64,000 bases of DNA from Camelus dromedarius (taxonomy: Eukaryota), in assembly GCF_036321535.1 (NCBI RefSeq), contig NC_087437.1, forward strand, positions 9,240,001 through 9,304,000. Reading direction: 5' to 3'. Below the pieces are notes generated by a model. That model had not been told where the DNA came from and searched no databases. It saw nothing but the letters and a program-made list of their open reading frames with translations. Below are positions 1-12,313 of this stretch, piece by piece. Position 1 is the first letter of the stretch. Each line of letters begins with the position of its first letter. The position numbers were made by a program, and so were the translations under genes.

Positions 1-176
1 ATGTGATTTTTGTCCTTTCTCTGGTTGATGTGGTGTATCACATTGATTGATTTGCACATGTTGAACCATCCTTGTGTCCCTGGGATGAATCCAACTTGAT
101 CATAGTGTATAATCTTTTTTTTTTTAATGTATTGTTGGATTCAGATTGGTAGTATTTTGTTGAGAATTTTTGCACC
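1..176 (-). mobile_element. L1 ORF2 (RT region) fragment, the 5'-truncation end of an L1 running off the window
   Basis: Reverse complement resembles the L1 ORF2 motif ([37 protein letters not shown]), disrupted at a T run. Confidence 0.9.
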
Positions 177-2999
177 TGGGGAGCATTTTGTAAACCAGAG
201 GCCTCAAATGAGTTTTAACTTTAGTGATATAATCACAAAAATGTGTTGTTTGGAACTGGGAGAAATCAGAAAAACCACCACACTCAGCTACTCAACTAGT
301 GCACAGCATCCCTTCACAATGTCCACAGTTGAACATGTCTTTCTGTGTGTGACTGTCACGTACCATCTGAATGTGCAGGGAGAACTAGAAATGTGGACAC
401 TAATCACGCCTGAAGGTCAAGCTGTCAAGGGTGTTGGTCTCAGAAGCAGAGAAAAATTTCTTTATTTCCTGGTGTGAACTGCACACTTCCTCTAAATAAT
501 TTCCAACCTCCTTCTCCAAATAATCTACCTACTCAGCCACCCTAGTCTAGCAAACATAACTGCCCGCAGTGTAGACAAAAGAGGGGTAGGGTAACCCTCC
601 CTTTCATTCCCTTAAGGAAAATACCACAAGAGGAAATCATTTTCAAAGCCTCTTCCCCCTGGCTGGAGCACTTCAACTCGCCTGGCTGACACACGGTCAT
701 CACATGTCGCATCCTCCACGTGGACCTGGGTACCCTTCACTGCAGCTCTTACGTCACTGCCCTAACAAGGGTTAAGTGTCTGTTTCTTCCGATAGAAAAT
801 TCCTCAGCGGAGAGAGAAAGACTTGATGATCCTCATCGTCCTGTCCCTAGGACCTAGTACAGATCTTTAAATAGGTGCCTATTAAATGCACATGGCATTA
901 ATTTCACATTTTGATTTTAAAATGGAAATATACATCTGGTGTCTCGATGGGTTTTGTATGTGAACAGGGTTCGGCTTAATTCTCTGCCATTCTCTGGCAC
1001 TTCGCCTTATCTGCCGAACACACTTCAGGGAATTTTTATAGCACTTAGTGCTGGAAAAGCATCTGGCACAAACACAAACTATTATTTTTTCTCCGAGAGA
1101 AGCTTATCACCAACTGCAAATTGTGCTATTTATGGGAGCTCTCTTTGCATGGGGCATAGCAAGGAATGATCTGGAGATAGTTTCACTTTTTAAAAATTTG
1201 TATGAATAACTGATGAGTTTTTTTTTTTTAATCTGGGAAATGCAATGAATGATTCCAGTGGTGATTTTGCATTTTAAGATTTTTCTAAAGGACCAGATTC
1301 TCTTAAATACACATATAGAAATTTTCAGGGCTTAGAGAATGCTATTTCTCTATTAACACTATTATTAAATGTTCCTGTTGGAATATCTCATGGTCTGAAA
1401 CAATATAGAGAAATTAACCATGACTTCATTAACCCATTTTCCTCCCTACAAATCCAGATAATGATCTATACCGTGTATTTGGTGAAAAACATCACTTTCC
1501 ACTAGGGAACAATTATTAAATTCTCTACTTCTCTATAAATTAAGGAAGGCTTTCCTTCACTAGTTTTGTACTATTTCTAACCTCTAATTCATACATCTGA
1601 GAATTATCCCCATTGTTCCTTTAATGAGTTTGTTTCAAAGATCCCCTCTAAAATTTGCAACTGTTAATGAGATTCATCGAGTCCACAAAATAATGGAATA
1701 TATTTGAGCAGATGTTTTGTTAGCTTTCTGAAGCACTTTGGGTACACTGGGAAGAGATGCAGATTGGGACCATAAACAGCCTTAGGACCCTCGGCTCTGA
1801 CAGGCAGAGAGCACACTGTATCCTGGGAACAACCTTTCCCTGCTCAGTCACAAAGGACTCACTGAACGGTGGTCAGATGCTACCGCAGTTGTGAGGAAAG
1901 AGTGGAGAACGAGTTAGACTGATAAATGAAACTACATTTATAAGTCTTCTCTATCAAAGGGCAAAGGAAAAACAGTAGAAAAAAATATAAAACGTTTTTG
2001 CAACTCCTTTTGCAAAGAGGTTAAGCTCTATGTTACATAAAGAATATCCAGCAAATCTGGAAGAACACCAACCGTTGGAAAAATTGGCAAAGCCTTCACC
2101 CAACTCAATGGAAGAAATTATGTCAAAGTATCTCAGGCTTCTTGGGAGAGAATAGGGGCTTAATAATAAGAAATGCTAATTTTTGTCAAAATGAAGAAAC
2201 ACTCGTGTTCATTTGTATACATCAGTTTGGTGCCTGAGTTAAAAGAAATGGATGCAAACTGTGAATAAGTTGTACTTTTGTGGAAATTGTGATTCTAGGA
2301 GAAAAAAAGGGAAAGAAAATGCTTTTAAATGAGAGAAGCACAACCAACCTGAACCCGGCTCAGGACACGCCTTTGACCAAAGAAGGCTGAGGTGAGACAT
2401 TTTATGGGTAAAATCTGGGGAAATCCACCCAGCTTCTCAAATAAAGAGTTTCTTCCTGGACTTAAGAATATATTCAGTGGGCAGGAAAAAGCATTTGTTG
2501 TTATTGTTGTTTTTGACTTCCGTTTAACCAAATTTGCAGAAAGAAATGGCTTTGACCTTGGATTAACTTTGGAAGAAGAGGGAGCCGGAAAGAGGCAGTG
2601 GCAAGAACTCTAGAAGACTGACTTCTTTGGACAAACATAAATGCCTGATTCTCTTATGCCAAAATTTCTTCCCATTGCGTACATAAATATTGTGTTTATG
2701 GTTCCAGATTGACCATGGTATAGACCACGGTATAGAGAGTTCTAACCCCAAGGGTTTACTGAGTTTACAGAAAGCATCTCCAAACAGGTGCGGGGAGCAC
2801 AGTTATCTCCCAGACCGTTCAGTTGTTCTTCAGAGCACTTGGCCAGAGGGTTTTTCCCAGGGTGATGCTTGGAGGAAGAAAGAGTTCAGTGTGTCATAAA
2901 TGCATGGAGGAGACCCCGCTGTTCCTTTTCCCCGTGGATGTTTGTGTGACGCATTTATGGAGTGCTCTGCCGGATGGTCTGCTGATGGCTGTGTATGAA

Positions 3000-3160
3000 C
3001 ACTCTCACTGATGCCTGATGGAGCCCTGCGAGGGCATTACAACCATCATGGTCACTTTATGGATGAGAAGACTGAGATCCTGAAAGTTAGAGTAGCTTAA
3101 ACACACAGAAGGGCAAAAAGGGCTTGTACTCCAGAGACCACACTTACAACTCCTCTTCTC
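3000..3160 (-). mobile_element. MIR SINE fragment
   Basis: cactttatggatgagaagactgagatc resembles the antisense MIR core. Confidence 0.55.
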
Positions 3161-3629
3161 AATCCAAATGAGAGTGGACAGTGGAAAACCATCCTGTTGT
3201 GTGACTGCATCGTGGCCCACCTTGCATAGAACATAAGTAAGACTAAATAGATACTCAGGTCATTAATAAAAAAAAATATTGCTTTCTATGGTCCTTAATT
3301 TATATAATTCCACTCATAGTCAATCTCAGGTTCATGTTTAGATACACTTATTAGCATCATTCTATCAGAGAATCTACCTAGTTTCATTCTTTCAATACCA
3401 GCCCCAATAAATCAATGCTGATTTACCAAACAAAGTGTAGAAAACTATGTGATATTTGTTTGTGTCCCAAAATGTGCAACCTTCAGGCAGCAGGGAGCAT
3501 CTTTGGGCACAAGTCAGCTTGGGCACACAGAGACTTGTAGGTACGGTTAAGAATTAGGGTGTTTTTTAACACTCTGTTCAAATGGAAGGCTGCTTACAAG
3601 TTTTAAGAAACACAGGCACATGAACATGT

Positions 3630-4140
3630 TTATATTTTTATGAGATCTCTTTGGCAGAAACAAAGAGGCTGCAGGGGAGGAAGACAGAAAGAGTGGGGGA
3701 GGAAGGGCCAGAGGGTCCTGTTGTTACTGTGGTGGCTCTGGCAAGAGAGCGCCACCCCTGAGGATCGGATGAAGACAGTGAAAGCGGAGAGAGAACAGTG
3801 AACACGTGTGATCAATACGTAAGTTCAAAACGTCAAGCATTCATGGTGAATTTTGAGGGGGTGCCTCTCAAAGGTGCCTGGTTGGTTTCTGCTTGTCAAC
3901 GCACGATTAGAGGTTCCATTTCCTAGGACTGTTGATATTGAACGAGGCCCAGATGTTTAGGGGAAGAGCAGGAACTGGGTTGGGATATGTCGAGTCTGAG
4001 GAGTCTTTAAAACATCTAAATAAAACGTGGGCTCTGCAGTTCGCTATCCAGGGTAGAGATGAGCAATGAAGTCTGGGCGGTAGCTAAACTGGGGAGTTAT
4101 CAGCAGCAGATGGCAACTGAAGCCACAGGGAAATGCCATT
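3630..4140 (-). mobile_element. Degraded L2 fragment
   Basis: Purine-rich L2-like text (ggatatgtcgagtctgagga...gaagtctgggc...aactgaagccacagg). Confidence 0.5.
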
Positions 4141-7100
4141 TGAAAGGCAAATAAAAGATTTTTTTTTCCTATTTCACCACCGAAACACAATCCTTAATCA
4201 GCTGCAACCTTTGAATGAATGAACCAAAACTCCCAGCGACAGTGTACGCAGTAACAGATTTTCAGATTCTTCACTGAGCTAAAGTGCACTTCATCACTCA
4301 GCGCTTAGAAAAAGGCTTTTCTTCAAGTGCTTAAAACCTTCATGTTTCAGCCACAGAGTGAGTCATTCCAAAGTAAGTTAGAACTGGAAAGAAATGTCTC
4401 TCAGTGACAGAGACTATCCCAGACCTCAGCATTTGGTTTCTAGGAGCTGGATACTTATGGATCAATATTTTATCAATAGAGCAGCAAAATGAGGATGGGA
4501 AAAATCCGACTATTGAAGGCTGCAAACCTGGCAGTAGGTTGTTTTCTCCGACTCAAAATTGCAGTGGATGGAATTAGCCATTTACGGGGTCCTTATTAAA
4601 GGGTAGGTCAAAAGCAAGAAGGCAAGACGGGAACCCTAATCAAGAGGTGACTAAGTGCAGAAAAGGACTGTGCTTAATGCATATTATTAACATGTCTGAA
4701 GTCAGGCTGTGTGAGTCGAATAGGTTTTACCCTGGCATTTACAAAAGGGGAATTTAAGGATTAACTTCATAGAGATCTTTTTCTGTCTTCTGATAAATCA
4801 AAGAAACAAATCTTACTTTCAGAAATGCCATCTGTCTCTATTATGATCAAAAGAGGAAAGGTCTGTTCTATTATCACTTTCATTTATTAAAATTTATTAA
4901 GAATTTTACAGACATACTACTTAAAAGTCTCCGTCACTATAAAATATATGAACTCTCTGGTTTCCACACGTGATGAAACAAACAGAAGTCTGTAACACAG
5001 GGGAATTACTAAAACCATGTTTTTTAACATTTGCCAATGTTAGTTTTTAAGTTTTAAACAGATTTTCATTTCAATGGCTTGGGGCAGGAGGTCAAAAGAG
5101 GAACTCCATGTGACATGTTCTTTTCCAATAGTATTTGTGACTAGTACTAAAGAAAAAAGCACGAAGAAAGTTTTTTTTTTTTTTCCTAAATAAGAGTAAT
5201 TAAAATTTTGACTTTGCAAATATTGAGAAATTTCTAGGCCACTGGGTTTTCTGTGACAGTATCTGGATCTCTAAATCGTTTGAATTTCCAAGGTCAAAGG
5301 AAGTTGACAAAACGAAAAAACATCTGCATTTTCCTGACAAGTTGGGACGTTCTGGATCCCATCTTGAACACAGGAGTTGTCTAAGTGCTGCCTGTTGGTA
5401 TCACTGCTTCCGCTCCTTAAACCAGCAAGTGATTTTCCCCCCTTGGGCATATATTAACAATTCACTTTTTGCAGACAAGTGCACAAATACGATTAGCTTT
5501 CGCAAATTGCTCCTTATTCTGTTACTGGTAAGTAATTTTTATATTATTACAGTGTAAACAGATGCCAATTTCCACTACATACTCAGCTGTAATGAGCTAA
5601 TTTAATGTGTTAAAACAACAAAAGAACTTCAAGAATGATTCAGTGATTCAAGCTGCGCGGAAACCAAGAGAAAAATCAAGCGTGAAGTTTGCCAGAGTAT
5701 TCCAAATTTCAGCTGTCAACAAGGAATTACGGAGCCCCGGCTCTCTGAGGCTGTCTATTCAAAGAAGGGTTTACAAGTTTGTAGGTGAACCCATTTCCAA
5801 GAGAGAGGCTCCTCTGCTTCCTGAAACTTGCACTAGAAGCGTCATGCCTTTGGGTTCAAGATTAGATGTATCAATATGCTTATTTATCTGCTCATTTAAA
5901 TATTTAGGGCATTCCGATACATAGATAGGCACCGCAGGAGCAAGAAAAGGAGGTGAAGACGACGTAGCCGTGGAAATAGGATAAAAACCTAAAGAATCCG
6001 GCATCACGAAAGCCCAGAGAGATAATAGCTCCTGGAAGGGAATGGTGATCCCTATTGCCCATGGCTGCCACATCAGGGAAAAGGCGAGCACAGAAGCGTC
6101 CACTGTACTTTGCAACGTGTATCCCGTTAGTGACTGTGATATAGGACATGATCATGTAATGCTTAATCAATTAACTGCTACAATGGATTTTGGAAAGGTC
6201 TGGAATAAATGATGGCTTTGCATGCTTGGTCACAGAGTTGCCAGTTCAGGTGGCCTCCAGACCCAAATGTCATCCATCTGACACTACCGTTCTGAACTGA
6301 GCATTGGTATCTTATTTAATCCTACTAATATCGGTTTCTACATTTTAAGTGGCTATCTGGAAACAGACGTGCATTTTGATTCCATCATTTGTACAAGCAC
6401 AAAGATGAGTTCATATTTTAATGACATCAGTGAGTTATCTTAAAATACTTTTACTTTTTAAAAACAAATTCCACGGAGTAGAAAAGCTTCAGAGCTTAAA
6501 TAAAGAGAAGGAATAAAGTAAAATAACACATTATCTTGTGTTACTTCTTTCAGACTCTGAAGTACTTTTATCTGTCAGTAAGTATACAGTATGTGCTCAC
6601 TATCTACTTGCTGAACGATAATTATACATGACTCTACAAAAAAATGAGACCATGCTCTTTACTATGATATAAAATGCTTTATTCCCTTATGAACGTATCT
6701 TCAACATTTCTACACTCAGTCAAGATTTCAGGGTTCACATCCTCACAAGGACTGCCACACTTAGGAGAAGTGATGCAGTTTCGTACAGGAAGCATCAAGC
6801 CAGAAAAGTGAAGGCACAGCTCCCAAACAGTTCTCCTAACTTTATTCATCCACCCGATATAAATCATCTCTCCACCAGTATGAAATGTTCCCTACCCCTA
6901 AAATAGAGCAATGGTACAAAAGGTTATAACCAGGTTACTGAGTAAAATGATTTATTAGTTACCATGAAAGCAAATTGTCAGATAAAGACTGAATAAGAGT
7001 CTGATCTTAAGTATCCGTCGGAATATTTACTTTAGGCTTTCTTCCACAGATTGGTATTTTAAGTGATATTAAATTAATGGTATTCTGGCATTCAGTATCC

Positions 7101-7380
7101 TCAGTGTCTGTAATGGTCCATGACCGGCTAAATCACCAAAACCAGGCAGAGCAGAGCTGCTGGCAACCAGAAATGCTCACAGCAGAGATTATATAAAAGA
7201 GAAATAAACACCTATGTTTCCTAAATCTCTCTAGCTTACGGTCTATTTGTTATAGCAGCTTAAAGTTAACACAACTGACATACATCCTTTCCATAGATTT
7301 TCAGCTGAGGAACAAAGAACCTACAGGTGCCCTAATAATGATGAAAATAGCTACTGAATATTAGCCAACTAATATATTCT

Positions 7381-7909
7381 CTTAAATTTTTTAAATTGAA
7401 GTATAATTGACTTGCAATGTTATATTATTTTCTGGTGTACAGCATAGTGATTCACTTACACATATATATATAAATTCTTTTTCATATCCTTTTTCATTAC
7501 AGGTTACTACAAGCCATTGAATATATTTCCCTGTGCTATATAGTAGGACCTTGTTGTTTATCTATTCTGTACATAGTGGTTTGTATCTGCCAATCCCAAA
7601 CTCCCAATTTATCCTTGCCCCTGCCTTTCCCCACTGGCAACAACAAGTTTGTTTTCTATGTCTGTGAGTCTTTTTCTGTTTTGTAAATAAGTTCATTTGT
7701 GCCATCTTTTTAGATTCCACATATAAGTGATATCATATGATATTTGTCTTTGACTACTTCACTTAGTATGATAACCTCTAGGTCCATCCATGTTGCTGCC
7801 AATGACATTATTTCTTTTTAATGGCTGAGTAGTATTCCACTATATATATGCGTATATATACACATACCACAGTTTCCTTATTCATTCATCTACTGATGGG
7901 CATTTAATT
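7381..7909 (-). mobile_element. 5'-truncated L1 (end of ORF2 plus 3'UTR) with TSD
   Basis: Antisense L1 3' end. TSD caactaat(a/g)tattct at 7366-7380 and 7910-7924 (14/15). Confidence 0.9.
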
Positions 7910-7979
7910 CAACTAATGTATTCTATGTATGACTGAAGGGATTTTATGTAAAGTTCACAGTTTCCTTCAAAATTAGATT

Positions 7980-8128
7980 TTATTGTATCCATTTCACAGA
8001 TAAGAAAACTGAGGTTCATAATGTTTAAATGACTTGTCCAAGGTCTATCAGGAGTAAACCCCAAAGGAAAGATCTGAAACCAGGTCTTCCTGTCTCCGAG
8101 GCTCAACATCCTTCCATGACACCATACA
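7980..8128 (-). mobile_element. MIR SINE
   Basis: ccatttcacagataagaaaactgaggttc...tgacttgtccaaggtc is the antisense MIR core. Confidence 0.8.
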
Positions 8129-8339
8129 GAATTTTTCAAATATTTCTGCCCTCAATACTGATATTTAGCAAAATGAAAAAAAAACAGATCTAGGAAGAGA
8201 AGAAAAGGTTAAAAAAACAGAAGTACCTTTTTAATAGAAAAGATTTCCCACTTTCTTCTATGATCTTCTGTCTTTTACCACAGAAACTAGACAGATTAAT
8301 GTTTGTAATATTTTAGCCAGTTTCTGGGCACAACTTCAG

Positions 8340-8715
8340 ACTGTTTCTTCTTCCTTGGCCCATGGTTGGGCTACCCTTCTCCTATACTTAAGTGACCAAG
8401 TGTCTGAGTGACAGCCGATGAATAGAAATGATCTGCAGTATGTCCAGCCTGGTTTACTAAACTCCCCGAACAGTTTTCTGGGTTCCTTCTCCTTCTGCCT
8501 GTTTGATGCAGACAAACATAGCCACCTGGGAGCTCCATGTTAAAGATGTTTAAACCACAAGACAGAAGGGCTTGGATTCCTGAATCACCACTTGGAAGAG
8601 ATGTGCCCGTGGATGAAGGACTCATTTTGGATACTACATAAGCAACATTTAAATAACTATTATTAGAGTCACTGTACATCTTTTGATTGATTTACACAAC
8701 AACCAGAGTTACATT
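8340..8715 (+). mobile_element. Old MaLR (MLT1-like) LTR fragment
   Basis: ggattcctgaatcaccacttggaagaga and downstream text resemble the MLT1 3' half. Confidence 0.5.
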
Positions 8716-9699
8716 AAACTAACGAATGCATCTACCTTTTTATTATGATTTAAACCTAATAAACATAAGACTTCCCAGGCAAGGTGAAGAAGAGAGTGTG
8801 TGTGAGCAGATAGGCAAAATAAATTAAATCTGCAAAATTTATTTTGTAGCTAATCTTTGCCTAAATGAAGCACCGAAGTGCTCTAAAAATCTATACTTCC
8901 ATGATTTTAAGAGAAGCCAGAATGGAACTCACCTTTCTTTGGGTCTCTTTAAGTATTTCTTTGGACGGCATGGGATAAAGAAATATCTAGGGGAGGTGCT
9001 GAGTCACTGATCTGAACAGACCCAAATCACCCTTTCTTTATAAGCCCGTTAATCCTCACTAGATCACCATTTTCCCAACATGGTTGGCACACCCAGTTTA
9101 CCCAGTGCTCTACCTGAAACCAAAGGCAGAAGAACCACGACCCAAGGGTTTTCTCCGCCATCTTTCATCAAAGCCAGGTACTGTCTTCTCATGACAGTGC
9201 AAGAGAATTGTAGTTTCTGATATCCTGTTTGACTCTGACAGAAGAAATCAAAAGCCCCTGTTCCTTTCTAAAGAGACCTGCAAATGATTGATGAAACTCC
9301 CCAAGATTTTAACATCACGCACTTCAAAAGTAAGTACTACTTTTTCCCAGAAACCCTTCAAACCTACAGCCTTTTTATGTTTCTTCCCTTTTCCTCGCTG
9401 TCGTTCCTTATCACACACTCAGAGAGCTTTAAAATTAAAATTCATTTACTCATGACTTTAAAAAAAAATCTTTTCAGGAGACACAGAGAAAATCTTATGA
9501 TTCTTTTTTCAGTCTTACATGAATTTCGTCTATCGGTTTTAAGTCCTTTTTGTAAATATTCATTTATTTTTCACTAACTTCAAGTGAAGAAGAAACAATG
9601 GCTCTTAATAGGTATGTAAATGCAAAAAGAAAAACCCCCCATAAATCTCTGTACAAATCTTAATACAACCCAGAAGATCAGAAGCCCAAGTCTATGAGC

Positions 9700-9890
9700 T
9701 AAGCATTAGGCGTAAGTCTTATTCTAAGTAAAATGGAATGAGACTAAGTTTGCACTGAAATTTTGCCTCTCTACTCATGGACTGTGTGACATTAAGCAAG
9801 TTACTATTCTCCAAACCTCAGCTTCTTCATTCACAAAATTATTATAGGAAAGGCTGGCTATTCGTTACTTTGTGAGAATCAAATTAAAGA
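9700..9890 (+). mobile_element. MIR SINE
   Basis: ctgtgtgacattaagcaagttact...cctcagcttcttcattcacaaaat...gtgagaatcaaat. Confidence 0.75.
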
Positions 9891-10284
9891 AGCAAAGTTC
9901 AATGCCTTTCACAAAGACCAGATTTGAGTTAGAAGTCCTGGGCTCTCCGTTCAGTCTTTCATTCACTTGCTTTTTATCACTTTTTAACCCTTTCGTGGAA
10001 GAGTTAGCTTTTCCCTGTCCGATCTTCAGACTCATCCCCTTTTTTGGGAACCTCGACTAACCTCACTTCATCAGCTATGCTCGTGGGAGAAGGAGATACT
10101 AGTAGCCTTAGTAAAGGTAAAGAAAGAGATGTTAAGAATGTTTTCATAATAACTTATAGGGGTTAGGCTAAAATAGACCCTCAGCGAGAGCAAATGAAGT
10201 GTATTTCATGGTCGTTTCATTCTAAGGAAATTGAGAAGACCCAGCTCCCCACAAGAGCCCAGAGGATGCGAGATCTCAAGTTGG

Positions 10285-10374
10285 GTTTCTGTTGGGTTTG
10301 TTTTTAATTAAACGTTGGCTTGACTAACATCACAGTCAGCCTCAGCTCCCACTCTCTCTCTCATTTTCTCTGTC
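10285..10374 (+). repeat. Copy 1 of a ~90-bp dispersed direct duplication
   Basis: Identical to 11098-11186 except for one extra T. Confidence 0.95.
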
Positions 10375-11097
10375 CTTCCCTCCCGCAGTTACACCTAAAG
10401 GGGAACAGAACGGAGGCAGATGCCTGACAGTCAGCTCTGTCGGAAGTGCAGAGAGAGCTACTTGCCAGGGGTGACAGACAGAGCACACAGTAAAAGAGGA
10501 AATGGGGCAGGAGGGAGCAGGGAGGAAGGAAACCCTGATCCCCATCCAGAGGGACTAATGTCTGACTTTCTGGACTGTTAGATGACTAGACAAGAAAGGT
10601 AAATAGATTCGTGAACATGCGTGGTCATCTGGGAGGGGATGTCCTTACTGGCAAGGGGCTAGATCTCCCCAGCCTAATATTAGGGGAATAGCTGTGCTCT
10701 TAAAAGTTCTTGCAAAGAAATCCTTCTTCCCTGTAGGTGACACAGAACAAAGAGGAGCTGCTTGGCTCCAAGCCAGGAGTGGAAGGACCTGGGAAAACAG
10801 TCCTCTGCACAGACACTAGCTCATCTCTCCTCTGATGGTTACTGAGAACTTTCTTTGGGACCCTTAAGACTCAAGGGGAAGGGATGGAGAAAAAGGATGT
10901 TTTCAGAGGTACCTGGCAGTTTAAAACCTCAACTGCCACTGTCAGTCATAGTATATTTTTCAGACCCGGGGAGCAAGACATGCAGGGTTTCAGAGACATT
11001 GCTTTTTCTTCCTCGAATATTTTAATTCTTGTTAAAGTCACTTAAAAAGACACACTTAAATGTACTTTTTTAAATGTTTGGTGGGAAAATAAACCAT

Positions 11098-11186
11098 GTT
11101 TCTGTTGGGTTTGTTTTTAATTAAACGTTGGCTTGACTAACATCACAGTCAGCCTCAGCTCCCACTCTCTCTCTCATTTCTCTGTC
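11098..11186 (+). repeat. Copy 2 of a ~90-bp dispersed direct duplication
   Basis: Identical to 10285-10374 except for one missing T. Confidence 0.95.
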
Positions 11187-11867
11187 ATTCAGATCCGGGT
11201 CACATTTTCCCAAGGCCTTTGAAGAAAACAGAACTCAAAAGTGGAGGGCAAACTTGCAAAAGATGTACCTTCCCTGCTGTGGTGGCCTAAGGGAGGCACT
11301 TGAGATTTAATGAACACATGGACTGTGTGGTCAGAGGACCAGGTTCCAACCCTAGCTCCAGCCCTTGAAGATACAGAGAATTTCCGTGACCAAAGCTTGA
11401 GCTTCTCGTTGGCAAAGGAGAAGAAGCAATCTGTCATGATTTGTTCATTCATTCCCACACCAAACGTTGTTAGAATCCATACCAAGGATTCAGATCTGTG
11501 CTGGATACTAAGGTTAATGACGGACAAAAGAAACAAAAAACAAAAACCCCCACCAGACTCCATCTCTGTCCTCGGTGAGCTTGGCAGCATAAGGATTAAA
11601 GGAGACTGTGAATTTCAAAACATTAAGTTCTCAACACACGATCGTTCTATCTACTATTGCTCAGGACACTGGGATTTTTCTGACACCCAGACCAATTCTT
11701 GGTGCAGGCTATGAGACTTGTAGGGGATTTCTAGATTTCCATTAAAAAAAAAAAAAGAAAATCAGCCAGAAAGAGCAATCTGCTTGCAGACGAAGTGTTT
11801 CTCCCACACTGGATTGCTGTTTGAGTAACTTGAATGTATTTATATGCACATATGTATGAATCACATT

Positions 11868-11929
11868 AAATTGCTAGCATTTGGCCATTTTGACATACAA
11901 AACTAGCAATTTCATATGGCCATTCCTAA
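11868..11929. mobile_element. MADE2-like mariner MITE relic
   Basis: aaattgctag...ccattttgacatacaaaactagcaatttcatatggccattcctaa resembles MADE2. Inverted repeat aaattgctag/ctagcaattt. Confidence 0.65.
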
Positions 11930-12122
11930 CCTGTCAGCAGAGGGAAGGTGGGCATGAAAAGAGGTACACAGAGTGAGGACAAATTTCAGTCTCTTCCACA
12001 TCACACTTAACGCCATATAGATTTGTGATAATTAGATTTTAAAATATTCTTTAAAATGGAACATTTTGGCTTCCTCTGGCTATCACTCCAATATGAATTT
12101 CTCAAAACCTATTGAAAAATAC

Positions 12123-12313
12123 TTTTTCTTAATTGAAGCATAGTTGATTTACAATGTTGTGTTAGTTTCTGGTGTACAGCATACTGGTTCAGTTATGCAT
12201 ATATATATATTTCTTTTCATATTCTTTTTCATAAGAGTCTGTTATAAAATATTGAATATAGTTCCCTGTGCTCTACACTAGGACCTTGTTGTTTATCTAT
12301 TTTACATGCAGTA
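12123..12313 (-). mobile_element. Short L1 3'UTR fragment
   Basis: Same antisense L1 3' end text as 7381-7570. Confidence 0.88.

Noticed and set aside
2711..2734. 12-bp tandem duplication (similar ones at about 14867-14899, 33619-33641 and 46161-46196)
   Set aside because: Ordinary slippage duplications with no sign of function.
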